A stretch of 64,000 nucleotides of DNA from Dehalococcoidia bacterium (GCA_965261685.1 CBDHDI010000018.1:13029-77028), one strand, 5' to 3'; positions 1-11,254 are shown, counted from the first letter of the stretch. Translations and numbers: made by a program. The notes: generated by a model from the letters alone, not told the origin.

Positions 1-525
1 TGGCTGCCGGGCGGCGCGGATGTCGCCGAGACGACCTACACGCCGTTCCAGCACAAGGAGGATGCCACCGCGGTGCGGCTCATCGTGCGGCGCGTCAAGC
101 CGACGCCCGGCTCACAGCTCGCGCTCTTTGCGAACTATAGTTACCACGCCTTCATCACCGATCGCGCCGGGGAGCTGCTGGAGCTGGAGGCCGACCATCG
201 CCGTCACGCCGAGATCGAGAACACGATCCGTGACCTCAAGTACGGCGTCGGGCTGAACCATCTCCCCTCGGGCCGCTTCGGCGCGAACGGGGCGTGGCTC
301 GCGGTGCAGGTGATCGCGCACAACCTCGCCCGCTGGACGGCGCGGCTCGGGCTCGGCGAGGGGATCGTGACGACCAGGACGCTCAGGCGGCGCTACTTCG
401 CTCTCGCCGGACGGCTCACCCATTCTGCACGGCGCTGGACCCTGCACCTCGCGAAGCGCTGGCCCTGGGCTGGCCAGTGGGCAGCCGCCCTGGCGCGGTT
501 ACGGGCGTTACCGCTCCCGGCCTGA
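1..525 (+). CDS. IS1380-family DDE transposase, C-terminal part
   Basis: HRRHAEIENTIRDLKYGVGLNHLPSGRFGANGAWL motif; identical to the C-terminus of 59369-60694. Confidence 0.92.
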   Translation, partial: WLPGGADVAETTYTPFQHKEDATAVRLIVRRVKPTPGSQLALFANYSYHAFITDRAGELLELEADHRRHAEIENTIRDLKYGVGLNHLPSGRFGANGAWLAVQVIAHNLARWTARLGLGEGIVTTRTLRRRYFALAGRLTHSARRWTLHLAKRWPWAGQWAAALARLRALPLPA

Positions 526-746
526 CGCTCGCTCACAGCGCCAACACGGGTCCGAGGCTCGCGCCAGCATGCCCGCGCACGCCTCGCGCACCCTCGCGCC
601 GGCGCCCTCAGCGCCCCCGAGCCGCGCTGAGCGACGCTGAGCGACGGCTCCTCGCTCCGGCACCGCCCGGCGAACGCCGGCACGCCCGCCGAACGCTCCG
701 GCAGCCCGGCAGCCCGCCCCTTCAAGCTTCGATCGGTGGATTCGAG
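1..746 (+). mobile_element. IS1380-family element, copy 1 (5' part outside the window)
   Basis: Near-identical to the 3' halves of the three full copies. Right end ...TCGGTGGATTCGAG at 746, followed by GTAAG. Confidence 0.9.
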
Positions 747-976
747 GTAAGGTTCCTCACTGGCCGACTCACTTCCCCGCCGCGACCGAGGGCCTTTACG
801 CTACCGCAGAGGGCGAGCGCCCCTCGGAGCCTTCCTCCGAGCAACTTCCGGGGACCAGGGCCGAAGCCGGTTGTCATTCCGAGCGCGCCTTCGCGGAGGA
901 GCGCGCGTAGGCGCGGGAGGGTTGTTACTGCCCTCGAGGCTCCGTCGCCGGAGGTTGGGCGAGAAGGGACTGACGC

Positions 977-3900
977 ATGCCTTCCGACTACGCGCGGATC
1001 AGCCGAGAGAACGAGAGAAAGTACGGGACCGACATCGGGCGCATCGGGCCGACCCTACTCGGGAATCGCTATGCCGACCGTACTCACTTCGTGTTCGAGT
1101 TGCTCCAGAACGCCGAGGACGCGCGAGGGCGGTCGAACGGGCGCGCGGGCTCGCGCCGGGTGCGGTTCGCCCTGGCGAACGGTGCCGTTCGCTTCTCGCA
1201 CTTCGGGGAACGGTTCACGCCCAAGGATGTGCGGGCGATATGCGGCATCGTCGAGGGCACAAAGGAAGACGATCTCACGGCGATTGGCCGCTTCGGCATC
1301 GGCTTCAAATCGGTCTACGCTGTCGCAGACCTCCCGGCGATCCACTCCGGCGATGAGCACTTCGAGGTCAGAGACTACGTCCACCCTCGCGCCGTTGCGC
1401 CGATCCCGCTGGATGACGGCGAGACTGTCATCGCGCTCCCGCTCCGGGAGCGCGACGCTGATGCGCCCGGCGAGGTAGCCGAGCAGTTCGAGCGCCTCGG
1501 AGAGGCGCGGACGCTGCTGTTCCTTCGCGAGATCAGCGAGATCGAGTGGTCGGTCGAGGATGGGCCGTCCGGCTGCTGCCGACGCGAAGAGACCGTAGAG
1601 GGCGAAGGCGTGCGTCGGGTCAGGCTGCACAGCGAGATCGCCGGCGAAGACCCCCTGGAAGAGTCCTGGCTCGTCTTCTCTCGCAGCGTACAGCACGACG
1701 GCAAGTCGGCCGGGTACACCGAACTTGCCTTCAAGCTCGCGCCGGATGGCTCCGGCGAGGACGTGATCGAAACGGTCGATCGTTCGCGCCTCGCGGCCTT
1801 CTTCCCGACGGAGATTCGGACGGACCTCGGGATACTCGTTCAAGGGCCGTACCGGACCACACCGAACCGGGAGACCATCCCCTGGGCCGACGCCTGGAAC
1901 CGCCACCTGGTGACGGAGACCGCGACTCTGCTGGTGGACGCCCTCTGCTACCTCCGCGACCGCGGCCTTCTCGGAGTCCACGTCTTCGACGCGCTCCCGC
2001 TCAACCGGCGTCGATTCTCCGGCCACTTCTTCGAGCCCATGTTCGACGCTGTGCATGAGGCGATACGGTCGGAGCCACTGCTGCCGGCCCACCGTGGCGG
2101 CCAGGTGGCCGCATCGCAAGCCTGGCTGGCGCGTGGGCAGGGTCTCCGCGAACTCATTTCAAGAGAGCAACTGGCGACACTGGTCGGCGCGGACGCGCCT
2201 GTCTCGTGGCTCTCGGACGACATCACTGCTGATCGGGCGTCACGGCTCCGCAGCTACCTGATGGACGAGCACGACGTGAGGGAGATCGAGGCTGGGAGTC
2301 TGCCACCGCTCCTCGACAAGGACTTCCTGGAGGCCCAGAGCGACGAGTGGATCCGGCGGCTGTACGAGTTCCTGAGCGGACAACCCGCTCTCCGCCGCCG
2401 CTTCGCGAGCGCGCCCCTCATTAGACTTGACGACGGGACGCACGTCACGCCGAAGATCGGCGGGGAGCCTGTAGCGTACCTTCCCGTGAAACCGCCCTCC
2501 GGCTATCCGACGGTTTGCCGCCCGGCGTGTGCGTCCCGGTTGGCGCTCGCATTCCTCAAGTCGCTCGACCTGCGGAGGCCCGACCCAGTCGATGAGATCG
2601 TGAACCACGTCCTGCCGCAGTACAGGGAGACGGACTTCACCGCCTCCGGGGGCGAGTATGAGCAGCACCTGCAACGCTTCCTCCGAGCGTTCGGAACCGA
2701 CTCGAGGGAGCGGCGCGAGCGGCTGATCGAGGCTCTTAGCGACACTTCCTTCGTCCGCGTCGTGGACGCTGGAACCGGCGAGCGGTCGTTCATCCGCCCG
2801 GAGGACGCGTACCTCGCGACGAGGCGACTGCGTGATCTCTTCAAAGGCGTGCCGTCCGTCCTGCTCGTCGACGAGCCGCTGCGCCGCGATGAGGTCACAA
2901 GGTTGCTCGAAGCCTGCGGGGCTGTGCGGGGGTTGTATCCCGTGAGCTTATCCGAGATTGAGGACTGGGATCCCGAACAACTCGGGGAGATGCGCAAGGA
3001 GGCCGGGGAGGAGCGCATCACGCGCTCGCGCGCGGAGAGCTTAACCAACTGGGAGTTTCGGGGACTGGACCAACTGCTCGAGTATCTCCAGACGTTGCCT
3101 CCCGAAGACGCTTCGGACAGGGCTGGCCTGCTGTGGGAGGCTCTACGGAAGGCCGCATCGCGTCCCGGCCAGCCCGGGTTCAGGGCACGCTACGAGTGGT
3201 TCTACACGACGAATCGGTCGTATAAGTTCGACTCCACGGCCGTGCAAACGCTGAACTGGGAGGCTTGGGTGCCGGACGGGTCCGGCGGCCTACAGCCGCC
3301 CAGTCGTGTCGAGTTCGCGAGCCTCGGTTGGAGGCGGGGCGAGTTTCCCGAATCGATCATCAAGTTCCGGCAGCCTAAACGGCCGTCGCCGTTTGTCGAA
3401 TTTGCAGAGGCGCAAAAGATCGACCCGGAAGTTCTTGCCGCTGTCATCGACGCGACGCGGGAAGGGGATCTCAGCGCTGACGAGCTCCGCGAGGCCGTGC
3501 GTGAATACAAGGCGAGCCGTGCCTCCACTGATTCGACCTCTCGCGATGCGCACAAATGGGGAGCTGTTTCGATCACATCCGGCGTCGGTGACGCTGGGAA
3601 CACGGGCGGTGGGCCGACAAGCGGCGGCGAGCGCGTCTTTGAGACGTACATCCGCGTGGAGAGAGAGTCGGTCGGGACAGCCGAGGGCGGTCCCGAACAC
3701 GGGCGGCGGATGGGCGTCGAGGAAGCGGCGATCGCGCTGATCCTGGATCGGGAGCCCTCGCTTAAGCGGACCCCGCCGAACAATCCCGGCTTCGACCTCT
3801 ACGAGGTCGGCGAGGACGAATTACCGGTGCGCTGGATCGAGGTTAAGGCGCTGGCGGAAGGGTGGGAGTCGCACCCCGTCACCCTCACGCACACGCAGTT

Positions 3901-4072
3901 CGAGTACGCCCGCGAGAAGGGCGAGGCGTACTGGCTCTACGTCGTTGAGCACGCTGGCACGGACCACACCGCGATCGTGAAGATCAACGACCCGGCGGGC
4001 AGGGCGTCCACCTACACCTTCGACAAGGGTTGGCGCGTAGTGGCTGCTCCTGCGGCCCCGCCTCTGCCGTAG
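977..4072 (+). CDS. Sacsin/NOV-like GHKL ATPase with C-terminal DUF3883 (PD-(D/E)XK-like) nuclease domain
   Basis: N-terminal FELLQNAEDA and GRFGIGFKSVY GHKL motifs. C-terminal NNPGFDL...WIEVKA...VTLTHTQFEYA...YWLYVVE. AAGGGA RBS-like sequence upstream. Confidence 0.85.
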   Translation: MPSDYARISRENERKYGTDIGRIGPTLLGNRYADRTHFVFELLQNAEDARGRSNGRAGSRRVRFALANGAVRFSHFGERFTPKDVRAICGIVEGTKEDDLTAIGRFGIGFKSVYAVADLPAIHSGDEHFEVRDYVHPRAVAPIPLDDGETVIALPLRERDADAPGEVAEQFERLGEARTLLFLREISEIEWSVEDGPSGCCRREETVEGEGVRRVRLHSEIAGEDPLEESWLVFSRSVQHDGKSAGYTELAFKLAPDGSGEDVIETVDRSRLAAFFPTEIRTDLGILVQGPYRTTPNRETIPWADAWNRHLVTETATLLVDALCYLRDRGLLGVHVFDALPLNRRRFSGHFFEPMFDAVHEAIRSEPLLPAHRGGQVAASQAWLARGQGLRELISREQLATLVGADAPVSWLSDDITADRASRLRSYLMDEHDVREIEAGSLPPLLDKDFLEAQSDEWIRRLYEFLSGQPALRRRFASAPLIRLDDGTHVTPKIGGEPVAYLPVKPPSGYPTVCRPACASRLALAFLKSLDLRRPDPVDEIVNHVLPQYRETDFTASGGEYEQHLQRFLRAFGTDSRERRERLIEALSDTSFVRVVDAGTGERSFIRPEDAYLATRRLRDLFKGVPSVLLVDEPLRRDEVTRLLEACGAVRGLYPVSLSEIEDWDPEQLGEMRKEAGEERITRSRAESLTNWEFRGLDQLLEYLQTLPPEDASDRAGLLWEALRKAASRPGQPGFRARYEWFYTTNRSYKFDSTAVQTLNWEAWVPDGSGGLQPPSRVEFASLGWRRGEFPESIIKFRQPKRPSPFVEFAEAQKIDPEVLAAVIDATREGDLSADELREAVREYKASRASTDSTSRDAHKWGAVSITSGVGDAGNTGGGPTSGGERVFETYIRVERESVGTAEGGPEHGRRMGVEEAAIALILDREPSLKRTPPNNPGFDLYEVGEDELPVRWIEVKALAEGWESHPVTLTHTQFEYAREKGEAYWLYVVEHAGTDHTAIVKINDPAGRASTYTFDKGWRVVAAPAAPPLP

Positions 4073-4591
4073 AGGAGTCCCCCTCCTGCCCAGACACCAG
4101 TTAGCCGGGGGGGGCCCCAACAGGCCGGCGTGCTCCCGAAACCATGGCCGCCGGGATGGCAGGCTGCGGGCCCCAAGCGCAACTCGCGAGCACATTACCC
4201 AGCGTGGCGACGGCGCGGCGGGTGTCCTGGTCGGAGTCGGTCACGATCAGCGTGACGCGAGGCCGCACGCCGTAAACCCATGCGTTCGCTGGGCCTGATG
4301 CGGTAGCGCATGTTGGCGGTGCTCAACATCGGCCCCTGCCGCACCCCGCTAGAACGTGCCGCCTCGGTCACCGTCGCGATACCGCACGACGATGTTGCTC
4401 GCCTCTCCCTTCCGCGTGTTCTGGACGATCACCCGGACTGGCGTCAGTCCGCCGATCGTGGAGTTCACCGTCCCGCGAGGATCCTGTTCTTCGCCGTCAA
4501 GTTGGCGACGGGTTAGGCGGCCCGGCTCAAGCCATCACCGGAGGGCTGTGATGACCACTCGTCGCCACACGCGCCGGCACGGAACTGCGGC

Positions 4592-5063
4592 ATGACGGGC
4601 GAGGCCTGCGAGGTGTGCGGGGGAGAGCTACGCCCCTCCCTATCTGGCGGGACGTACTGCTTCACCGAGTGATACGCACAGAGGGTTGAGCAGCACGTCC
4701 CGGTGTCCGAGCGCGGCGAGCCGGATCGGACATGCCCGATCTGCCTGCACCGCCTCGCCGACGGCTCGCACGAACCCTCGGTCTGGTTCGCTCCGCGCTG
4801 CGGCCACCAGTGGATGCTCCCGGACTCGCCCCTCGGGAGGGGGGACCGGGCCACGGCTGAGTGACCTGCAGCCAACACAGGAGCAGGTGCGCTACCTCGA
4901 CGCACTGATGGCGCGCCACGGCTACGCGGGGGACTTCGACCGCCTGGTGGCGGACGCCGCCGCGGCCGGCCGCTGTGAGGCCGGGCTCGATCCCAGCGCG
5001 CCGCTGTCCGATCACCGGTTGTGCGGTCAGCTGATCGGCTGGCTGAAAGACTGTGGTGAGTAG
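4592..5063 (+). pseudogene. Degenerate small Cys-rich (Zn-ribbon-like) ORF and adjacent hypothetical ORF
   Basis: MTGEACEVCGG...YC followed by a stop, then CPICLH...CGHQW. Followed by LSDLQPTQEQVRYLDALM... Confidence 0.3.
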
Positions 5064-5941
5064 GAGGCCTGCCATGAGCACGGAACACAGTCACGAGCTC
5101 GGGCGACCCGTGCGCCGTGCGCACTATGCAATCCGTCGCAACGACGAGTCCGTGCGACTGGACGGCTGGCGGCTCGTCGGGCCGCCCGGCCGCGCCGCGG
5201 TCGTCGCGCGCGAGCTGGCGGCTGCGGAGCGCCGCGCCGCGCGCGCGTTGGGGTGACCTGCAAGCCCTTCGAGACGGGGCGCGATCTCGTCTCCGAGGAG
5301 CTGGCCCGGATCCACCGTGCCTGCGCCGCTCACTGGGAGCGCGAGCAGCAGCACCACGAGGCCCTGCTCGACGAGGCGGCCGGGCCGGCGTGAGGGCGTC
5401 GCTGCCGGCGCGGCCCGCCCCGCCGACGGTCATGATCTCGGGCAGCTCGGTGCCGCGCTCGGAGAGGTACTGTGCGGTCCCCGGCGCAGCGAGTGCCCGC
5501 GGTAGCGCGGTGAGCTGATCGGCTGGCTCACGCCGCGCGATCGCGAGTAGCGCGATGGCAACGGAGGCGGCCGACGGGATGCAGGCTGCGCGAACCGGCT
5601 GATGGCCTTCGGCTGCGCCCTGATGCTCATCGGCCTGCTCATCCCCGTGTTCGCGATCGTGGTCACGCTCGGCCTTAAGCTCCTCGACTACGGCCGCGCT
5701 CGCGAACTCGGCCGTGCACCAACTCCGCACCTCTGAGCACGAGTTGGACCGGCTCGGTGCGGAGCGCGAGCGCGAGGGCTGGTGGACATCCGACCTCTCG
5801 CCGTTGGCGTTGGGCGCGGGCAGGATGGCGTACGCGCTCGCAAGCCGATGGCCGTGTGACCGGCTGCGATCGCGCCTCTACGAGCTGGACGGCGACGCGG
5901 AACTCGAGGGGCAGTGGGCGCGTACCTTGAAGGAGCACTAC

Positions 5942-6124
5942 TCATGCGCTGCGGTCGGGACGGATGCGCTCGCGTTGCGTCCCGTCCGTCCGCATCCTCG
6001 GCGTGGGGCCGGCGGGAGGGCGGGAGTCAGCGAGCGCGCGGCGCGCGATGATGCGCGCGAGGGCGCGCAAGCCCTCGATGCGAATCCGCTCCTGCTCGTC
6101 GCTCAGCGCTCGCTGGGTCCTCAC
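5942..6124 (-). CDS. Small hypothetical protein, 'GLRxLARII' family, copy A
   Basis: RALSDEQERIRIEGLRALARIIARRAL; paralogous to 31591-31788, 42783-42986 and 50575-50775. GTG start inferred from the alignment. Confidence 0.6.
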   Translation of the reverse strand: MRTQRALSDEQERIRIEGLRALARIIARRALADSRPPAGPTPRMRTDGTQRERIRPDRSA

Positions 6125-6484
6125 CGCCGCCCCGTCTCCCGGCGGGCGCAGCGCCCGCCTCGTTCCGCCGCCCTGCGTGCGCAGGACGGATGTTCTTCCG
6201 GCTCCAGCGTCGGTGATCGATAACGGCGTGACCATCCCCTATAAGGGGATATCGCGCGTGAAGTCCCCCTGCCGGGGGCTGTGGCCCATGCCTGGGGCGG
6301 ATTTCCATGTCAGCGGGCTGTACAGAGGACAGACGTTGGTAACGATGGGGCAGTCGTCCCCGAAACCCCAGTGGCGCCAACGGAACGAGCGCCCCTACAG
6401 GTGGGGCAGGCCGATCAGTTCTTGTACAGTCCCCGTTCCCACGGGGTTGGGGCGGGAAATGGGGCAGATGAGGCAGCCCCGAAG

Positions 6485-6727
6485 TGTCGTCGGTCAGCGA
6501 CTCCGTCAGTAGCTAACGATTCTGTCCTTCCATGAAGGAAGTGACATTGCACCAGCAGGAACAGGCACGGCTCCATGTACTCAACAGCGTCCTCGCCGAG
6601 GAGATCACGATCGGGCAGGCGGCGGAGTTGATGGACCTCAGCGAACGCCACGCCCGCCGGCTCCTGGCCGCCTACCGCGAGCTCGGCGCGGGGGCGCTCG
6701 CCCACGGCAACCGCGGCCGCCGCCCCC
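6485..6727 (+). mobile_element. Truncated ISNCY/IS1202-like element (left end plus transposase N-terminus)
   Basis: Starts TGTCGTCGGTCAGCGA. ORF MKEVTLHQQEQARLHVL is near-identical to the start of 41093-42637; homology is lost after ...HGNRGRRP. Confidence 0.85.
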
Positions 6728-7112
6728 GCGGTCGTCACGGCCGCGAGCCTGCCCGAGGGCTACACGCGCTTCTACCTGCAGCGGAGCCCGCTGGAGACGC
6801 CCTCGCCGGTGAGCCGGGAGCGGCTGGTCCCACCGCTGGGGACGACCTACACGTTCACCACCGCGCTGGACGAAGCCGGCGCCACGCTCATCACCTTCGA
6901 CCTAACGGCGGCCCGACCGCCTTCCCGGCCGAGGCCGGGCGTGAAGCCCGAGCTCGGCGACGTCGTGGTCACGACCGTGTTCTCGGTCGCGACCACGGCC
7001 CCGCGATACAGCACGTACGACACCACTGGCGCAGTGGCGACGCCGGGCAGCTACGCGTTCCTTTCCGACCCCGACGACACGACGACCGCCGTCACCACCT
7101 ACGAGGCACTCG
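6728..7112 (+). pseudogene. Internal fragment of a surface protein
   Basis: VVTAASLPEGYTRFYLQR...PLGTTYTFT...LITFDLTAARP...KPELGDV; homologous to about 26170-26430 of the LRR protein. Confidence 0.7.
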
Positions 7113-7266
7113 TTACCCATATCCAGCCTCCCCCAAAACGCAATCTGAGTGACACAGCGATGCTTACCGCACTGGGAGCATTGGTACTTCAGCTTTCTAC
7201 AGATAGGACACAGAGGATCAGTTTCATTCAGATCCCAGTCATGTCCTCCCTGCGTGCTCTCGTGCT

Positions 7267-8034
7267 TCATTCGTAAGATACAGGAGCATTGTAGAAGTCT
7301 GGGTAGTCGATGCACCTATCAACAGTATCCCAAGCACCTTCTGTAAGGAGTCTCTTCGTGTCGGCTAAAGAGTTTACATCCGCGCCCTGTGTTCTCACTA
7401 CGAGTCCTTGGGCAATATTGTAGTATCTTGCTTGACACCGCTCCCCGAATGGCTCTAGTTGGGTATGGTACCAGTAAAACTCAGGATACCTCGCAGCCAA
7501 ACCGCAGCCTGTATCAAAAGGCTGTTGGTTGCAGCGGATTTCAGTCCAGTCCTCTGAGACTGGTACTATCTCTGTTCTGTCTGAATACCTTTCATAAGTA
7601 TATATGAAGAAGTCGAAACTTGACAATACGACCAGCTTATTCTGACCCGTACCTGTACAGTGATCTACGTGAAAGTTGTACCGGGTGATCCCGTTGCTGT
7701 TTGTCTTGTTGACGTGATGTGTCCCTGCAGGACAGTAGCTTTCAGGCATTGGCGCGATCGGTCCTTCTGCAGGTGTAGCAGAGGGAGTAGCAACAGGCTC
7801 AGGAGTCGGGGTTGGCGTTGGGACCGCAGTAGCTTCCGGTGTAGGGATGGCAGTCGCCAGCGGCGTAGGTGACTGAGTAGCAACCACGTATTCGGTAGCT
7901 GTAGGTACAGGAGTTGACCGAACTGCAGCAACCGACTCACCCTCAGGGTCGGGACTCAGTGCCAGCAACCAGCCAGAACAGTGACCGACCATGAACGAGA
8001 CGACAACCAATATGATCAGGCGGTGTTTGCGCAC
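7267..8034 (-). CDS. Hypothetical exported/membrane-anchored protein with Pro/Thr-rich linker
   Basis: Hydrophobic N-terminus, PTPTPTPEP linker and Cys-containing C-terminal domain. Lies in a clearly lower-GC segment. Confidence 0.7.
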   Translation of the reverse strand: MRKHRLIILVVVSFMVGHCSGWLLALSPDPEGESVAAVRSTPVPTATEYVVATQSPTPLATAIPTPEATAVPTPTPTPEPVATPSATPAEGPIAPMPESYCPAGTHHVNKTNSNGITRYNFHVDHCTGTGQNKLVVLSSFDFFIYTYERYSDRTEIVPVSEDWTEIRCNQQPFDTGCGLAARYPEFYWYHTQLEPFGERCQARYYNIAQGLVVRTQGADVNSLADTKRLLTEGAWDTVDRCIDYPDFYNAPVSYE

Positions 8035-8036
8035 GA

Positions 8037-8372
8037 TCAGTCAGTCTTCTTAGGAGTTCCCGCCAGAGAACCGAGGACTGCAACCGCTTTCAGACCAGCA
8101 CCAACTGCGATTGCGAGTAAGCCAACTAAGAACGCGAGGCCCGACAGAGCAGCAACAGCAGTGCTCGCCTCTGCAGTTCCAGTATCACCTACAAGAACAG
8201 CTCCCAAGCCACCGCTCAAGGCGATAAGACACACCGGAAAAGTGACCAGAAGGAGTGCTAGTCCACCCCACAGAAGCAAATGTGCGATCTGATTCGTTAG
8301 TGCGACATCCTGGGTAGTGACGAGGTGCCCCCTTGCGGCTTGGAACGTGAGCTCCTCGCCACGAGAAAGCAA
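8037..8372 (-). CDS. Small two-TM membrane protein
   Basis: Two long hydrophobic stretches; stop is 2 nt from the start of 7267-8034. Start uncertain. Confidence 0.55.
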   Translation of the reverse strand: MLSRGEELTFQAARGHLVTTQDVALTNQIAHLLLWGGLALLLVTFPVCLIALSGGLGAVLVGDTGTAEASTAVAALSGLAFLVGLLAIAVGAGLKAVAVLGSLAGTPKKTD

Positions 8373-8589
8373 AGTCCACAGGTAAGCAGCAAGAGGGCAT
8401 GAAAGCCCACGCTCGCTCTACCTATGGAATGCAACCCGTGGCGAGGTCACCTTCAACGGTACATCCGCCGTCAAGTCGATTTGGAGAAGTCGGGTAAACG
8501 AGTTAGCCTTTGAGGTGAGGGGTGGAGCCGAGAGTTTTTATAGTTGCACCGCAAGCCCACAAGGCTCCACCCCGCCCGCACCCGAAAGG

Positions 8590-8954
8590 AGGTGATGTTC
8601 TCTACAGCTTCCCCCGCCTCGAGCGACAGGGATGATGTGATCAAACATCGGCACCGCAGCGCACGCAGCGCCCCTCGTCCCGCTGCCAGACGAACATCCG
8701 CACTTCATCCGGGATGCGGTCGCGGCGCGCCTCACAAGGTCGGCGTCACGAGCCTCGATCTTGCGCAGGCGATCGACTTCTGTTGCCGCTTCCGCTCCCG
8801 GTCGTACAGGGTCACGCACTTCCTCGGCCGACATGCCCTCGTCGTCCTCGTAGTACTCGTCGCGGTACCACCAGAGCGCCGTGGAGCAGGGGCAGCAGCG
8901 CCACGGGCGCGGTGGCCTGTGTCCGCTGGCTCGTACTCTGCGAGGCGGACGTAC
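8590..8954 (-). pseudogene. HNH endonuclease pseudogene
   Basis: Joining frames gives ...RDRIPDEVRMFVWQRDEGRCVRCG...FDHIIPVARGG...ENI. Several frameshifts; 5' end cut by IS21. Confidence 0.7.
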
Positions 8955-9044
8955 TGATTGAAGAGCGCTCGGATAGTGATCCAATCAGCGCCCGATCCAT
9001 CCCAGCATCTCCGGCGACGGGGCCGCGGAGACTGGGGGGAAGGG

Positions 9045-10508
9045 ATGCTCCGAGTGGAAGACGTGCACGTGTTGCGACACAAGGTGCTGGTCGAAGGTCT
9101 GAGCCGGCGGCAGGCGGCCCGGGAGATGGGGATCAGCCGCAACACCGTGCGGCGCTACCTGAGGCTGCCCGAGCCGGTGCGGGTCGAGCGTGAACCGCGG
9201 CGGAAGCCGGTCCTCGAACGGGTGCAGCCGCGGCTCGACGCGCTGCTGGAGGAGTGGTCGGGGCGGACGACGGCGAAGCAGCGGCTGACGGCGACGAGGC
9301 TGCACCGCCAGCTGCGCGAAGAAGGCTACGAGGTCGGCGAGACGCTGGTACGGAGCTACCTGCGGGAGTGGCGGCGCCGGCGCGCCGAGGTCTACGTGCC
9401 GCTGGTGCACCGCCCGGGCGACGAGGCGCAGGTCGACTTCTTCGAGGTCACCGTCGAGGTGGGAGGCGAGCGCCGCAAGGCCTGGAAGTTCCTGATGCGG
9501 CTGATGTACTCGGGGCCGCGACTTCGTCCGGCTCTACGACCGCCAGGACCAGGTCGCCTTCCTCGACGGCCACGTGCGGGCGTTCGCCCACTTCGGCGGG
9601 GTGCCCGCGCGCATCGTCTACGACAACCTCGCAGCGGCGGTGCGGCGCGTGCAGTTCCCCCGGCGCCAGCTCACCGAGCGCTTTGAGGCGCTGGTGAGTC
9701 ACTACCTGTACGAGCCGTGCTTCGCGCGGCCCGGCGAGGGCCACGATAAGGGCGGGGTCGAGGGGCGCGGCAGGGGGCGTGCGGCTGCAGCACCTCACGC
9801 CGATTCCCCGCGGCGACTCGCTGGCCGAGCTCTCGGACTGGCTGCAGGGGGAGGTGGACCGCCACGCCGCGCCGCGGGTGCATGAGCGCTTCGCCGAGGA
9901 GCGGCCGCTGCTGCGCCCCGGGCCCGGCGTCGCGTTCGAGGCGCGGCGGGTGCAGCCGGTCTCGGTGAGCCGCAGTGCGCTGGTGCGCGCCGAGGGGGCC
10001 TGGTACTCGGCGCCGAGCCGCTGGGCGGGCCTGCGGGCGACGGCGCTGATCGGCACCGACGAGCTGACGCTGCGCTGCCGCGGCGAGGAGGTCGTACATC
10101 CCCGACAGCCCTTCGGCGGCCGCCGGGTGGACTACCGGCACTACCTCGGCGAGCTGGCGCGCAAGCCGCAGGCGGTGCGGCAGGTGGCGCCGGAGCTGGT
10201 CGCGGCGCTGGGCGAGCCCTTCGGGCGGCTCTGGACGCGGCTGGAGCGCGAGCAGGGCGCTCAGGAGGGGGCGCGCACCCTTGCGCGGTTGCTGCGGGCC
10301 GTCCACGAGCACGGCGAGGAGCGCGTGCGCGACGTCCTGGAGCAGGTCCTCGAGCAGGAGCGCTTCGACGAGCTCGCCGTGCAGCGTCTGCTCGCCTCGG
10401 CCCGGGCGCCGGAGGCAGTGACGGTGCCGGAGCCGCTGCCGCGGCTACGAGGTCGAGAGCGTCTCGGCGGCCGTCTACGACCGCCTGCTCGCGGCGGCGG
10501 CGCCGTGA
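9045..10508 (+). pseudogene. istA: IS21 transposase with three +1 frameshifts
   Basis: HTH, QVDFFE, YDNL and HDKGGVE motifs across three frames. Extra bases at about 9516, 9775 and 10439 relative to the paralogues at 28230-29087 and 58158-59195. Confidence 0.85.
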
Positions 10509-11254
10509 ACAACGCGGCTCGCGCGGCCGTGCTCGAGGCGCACTGCCGCGAACTCAAGCTGCCCACGATCCGCCGCGAGTACCCCGCGCTGGTGCGCCAG
10601 GCCACGCACGACGGGTGGGACTACGAGGAGTTCCTCGTGCAGTTGCTCGAGGCAGAGGTGCTGGCCCGCCGCGATAGCGCGGTCGCACGCCTGCTGCGCC
10701 AGGCGCGCTTCCCCGACATCAAGACCTTCGAGCAGCTCGACTGGGACGCGCTCGGGGGCGTCGAGCGGCCACAGCTCGCACAGCTCGCGACCTGCGAGTA
10801 CATCGAGCGCGCCGACGACGTCGTCATCGCCGGGCCGATCGGCACCGGCAAGACGCACCTCGCGATCGCGCTCGGCGTCGAGGCCGCCCGCCGCCGCCAC
10901 CGCGTCGCCTTCATCCGCGCCGCCGACCTCGTGCGCGAGCTGGTCGAGGCACGTGACGAGCTCACGCTCTCGCGGCTCCATCAGCGTTACCTGCGGGTCG
11001 CGCTGCTGATCGTCGACGAGCTCGGCTTCGTGCCCTTCGAGCGCACCGGCGGCGAGCTGCTGTTCAATCTCCTCGCCGACCGCTACGAGCGGCGCTCGAC
11101 GATCGTCACGACCAACCTCGCGTTCAGCGAGTGGGTGCAGGTCTTCGGCGACGAGAAACTCACCACGGCGCTGCTCGACCGCCTCGGGCACCACGCCCAC
11201 ATCCTCACCACGCGCGGCGCTTCCTACCGGACGCGTCACAGAACACAGACCTGA
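10505..11254 (+). CDS. istB: IS21 helper AAA+ ATPase
   Basis: GPIGTGKT Walker A, LLIVDELG Walker B, TTNL, ALLDRL. GTGA overlap with istA. Confidence 0.93.
   Translation: MNNAARAAVLEAHCRELKLPTIRREYPALVRQATHDGWDYEEFLVQLLEAEVLARRDSAVARLLRQARFPDIKTFEQLDWDALGGVERPQLAQLATCEYIERADDVVIAGPIGTGKTHLAIALGVEAARRRHRVAFIRAADLVRELVEARDELTLSRLHQRYLRVALLIVDELGFVPFERTGGELLFNLLADRYERRSTIVTTNLAFSEWVQVFGDEKLTTALLDRLGHHAHILTTRGASYRTRHRTQT

Noticed and set aside
526-746. Dispersed ~220-bp GC-rich repeat as an independent ncRNA or MITE
   Set aside because: It always lies inside the IS1380 right IR, so it is the IS 3' region.
6032-6060. Recurring GCGCGCGATGATGCGCGC palindrome (also near 31730 and 42905)
   Set aside because: Explained by the antisense coding of the conserved ARIIAR peptide of the small-ORF family.
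9045-10508. Programmed frameshifting in istA
   Set aside because: The three +1 bases extend short G/C runs relative to intact paralogues, with no slippery heptamer. Sequencing error or decay is more likely.
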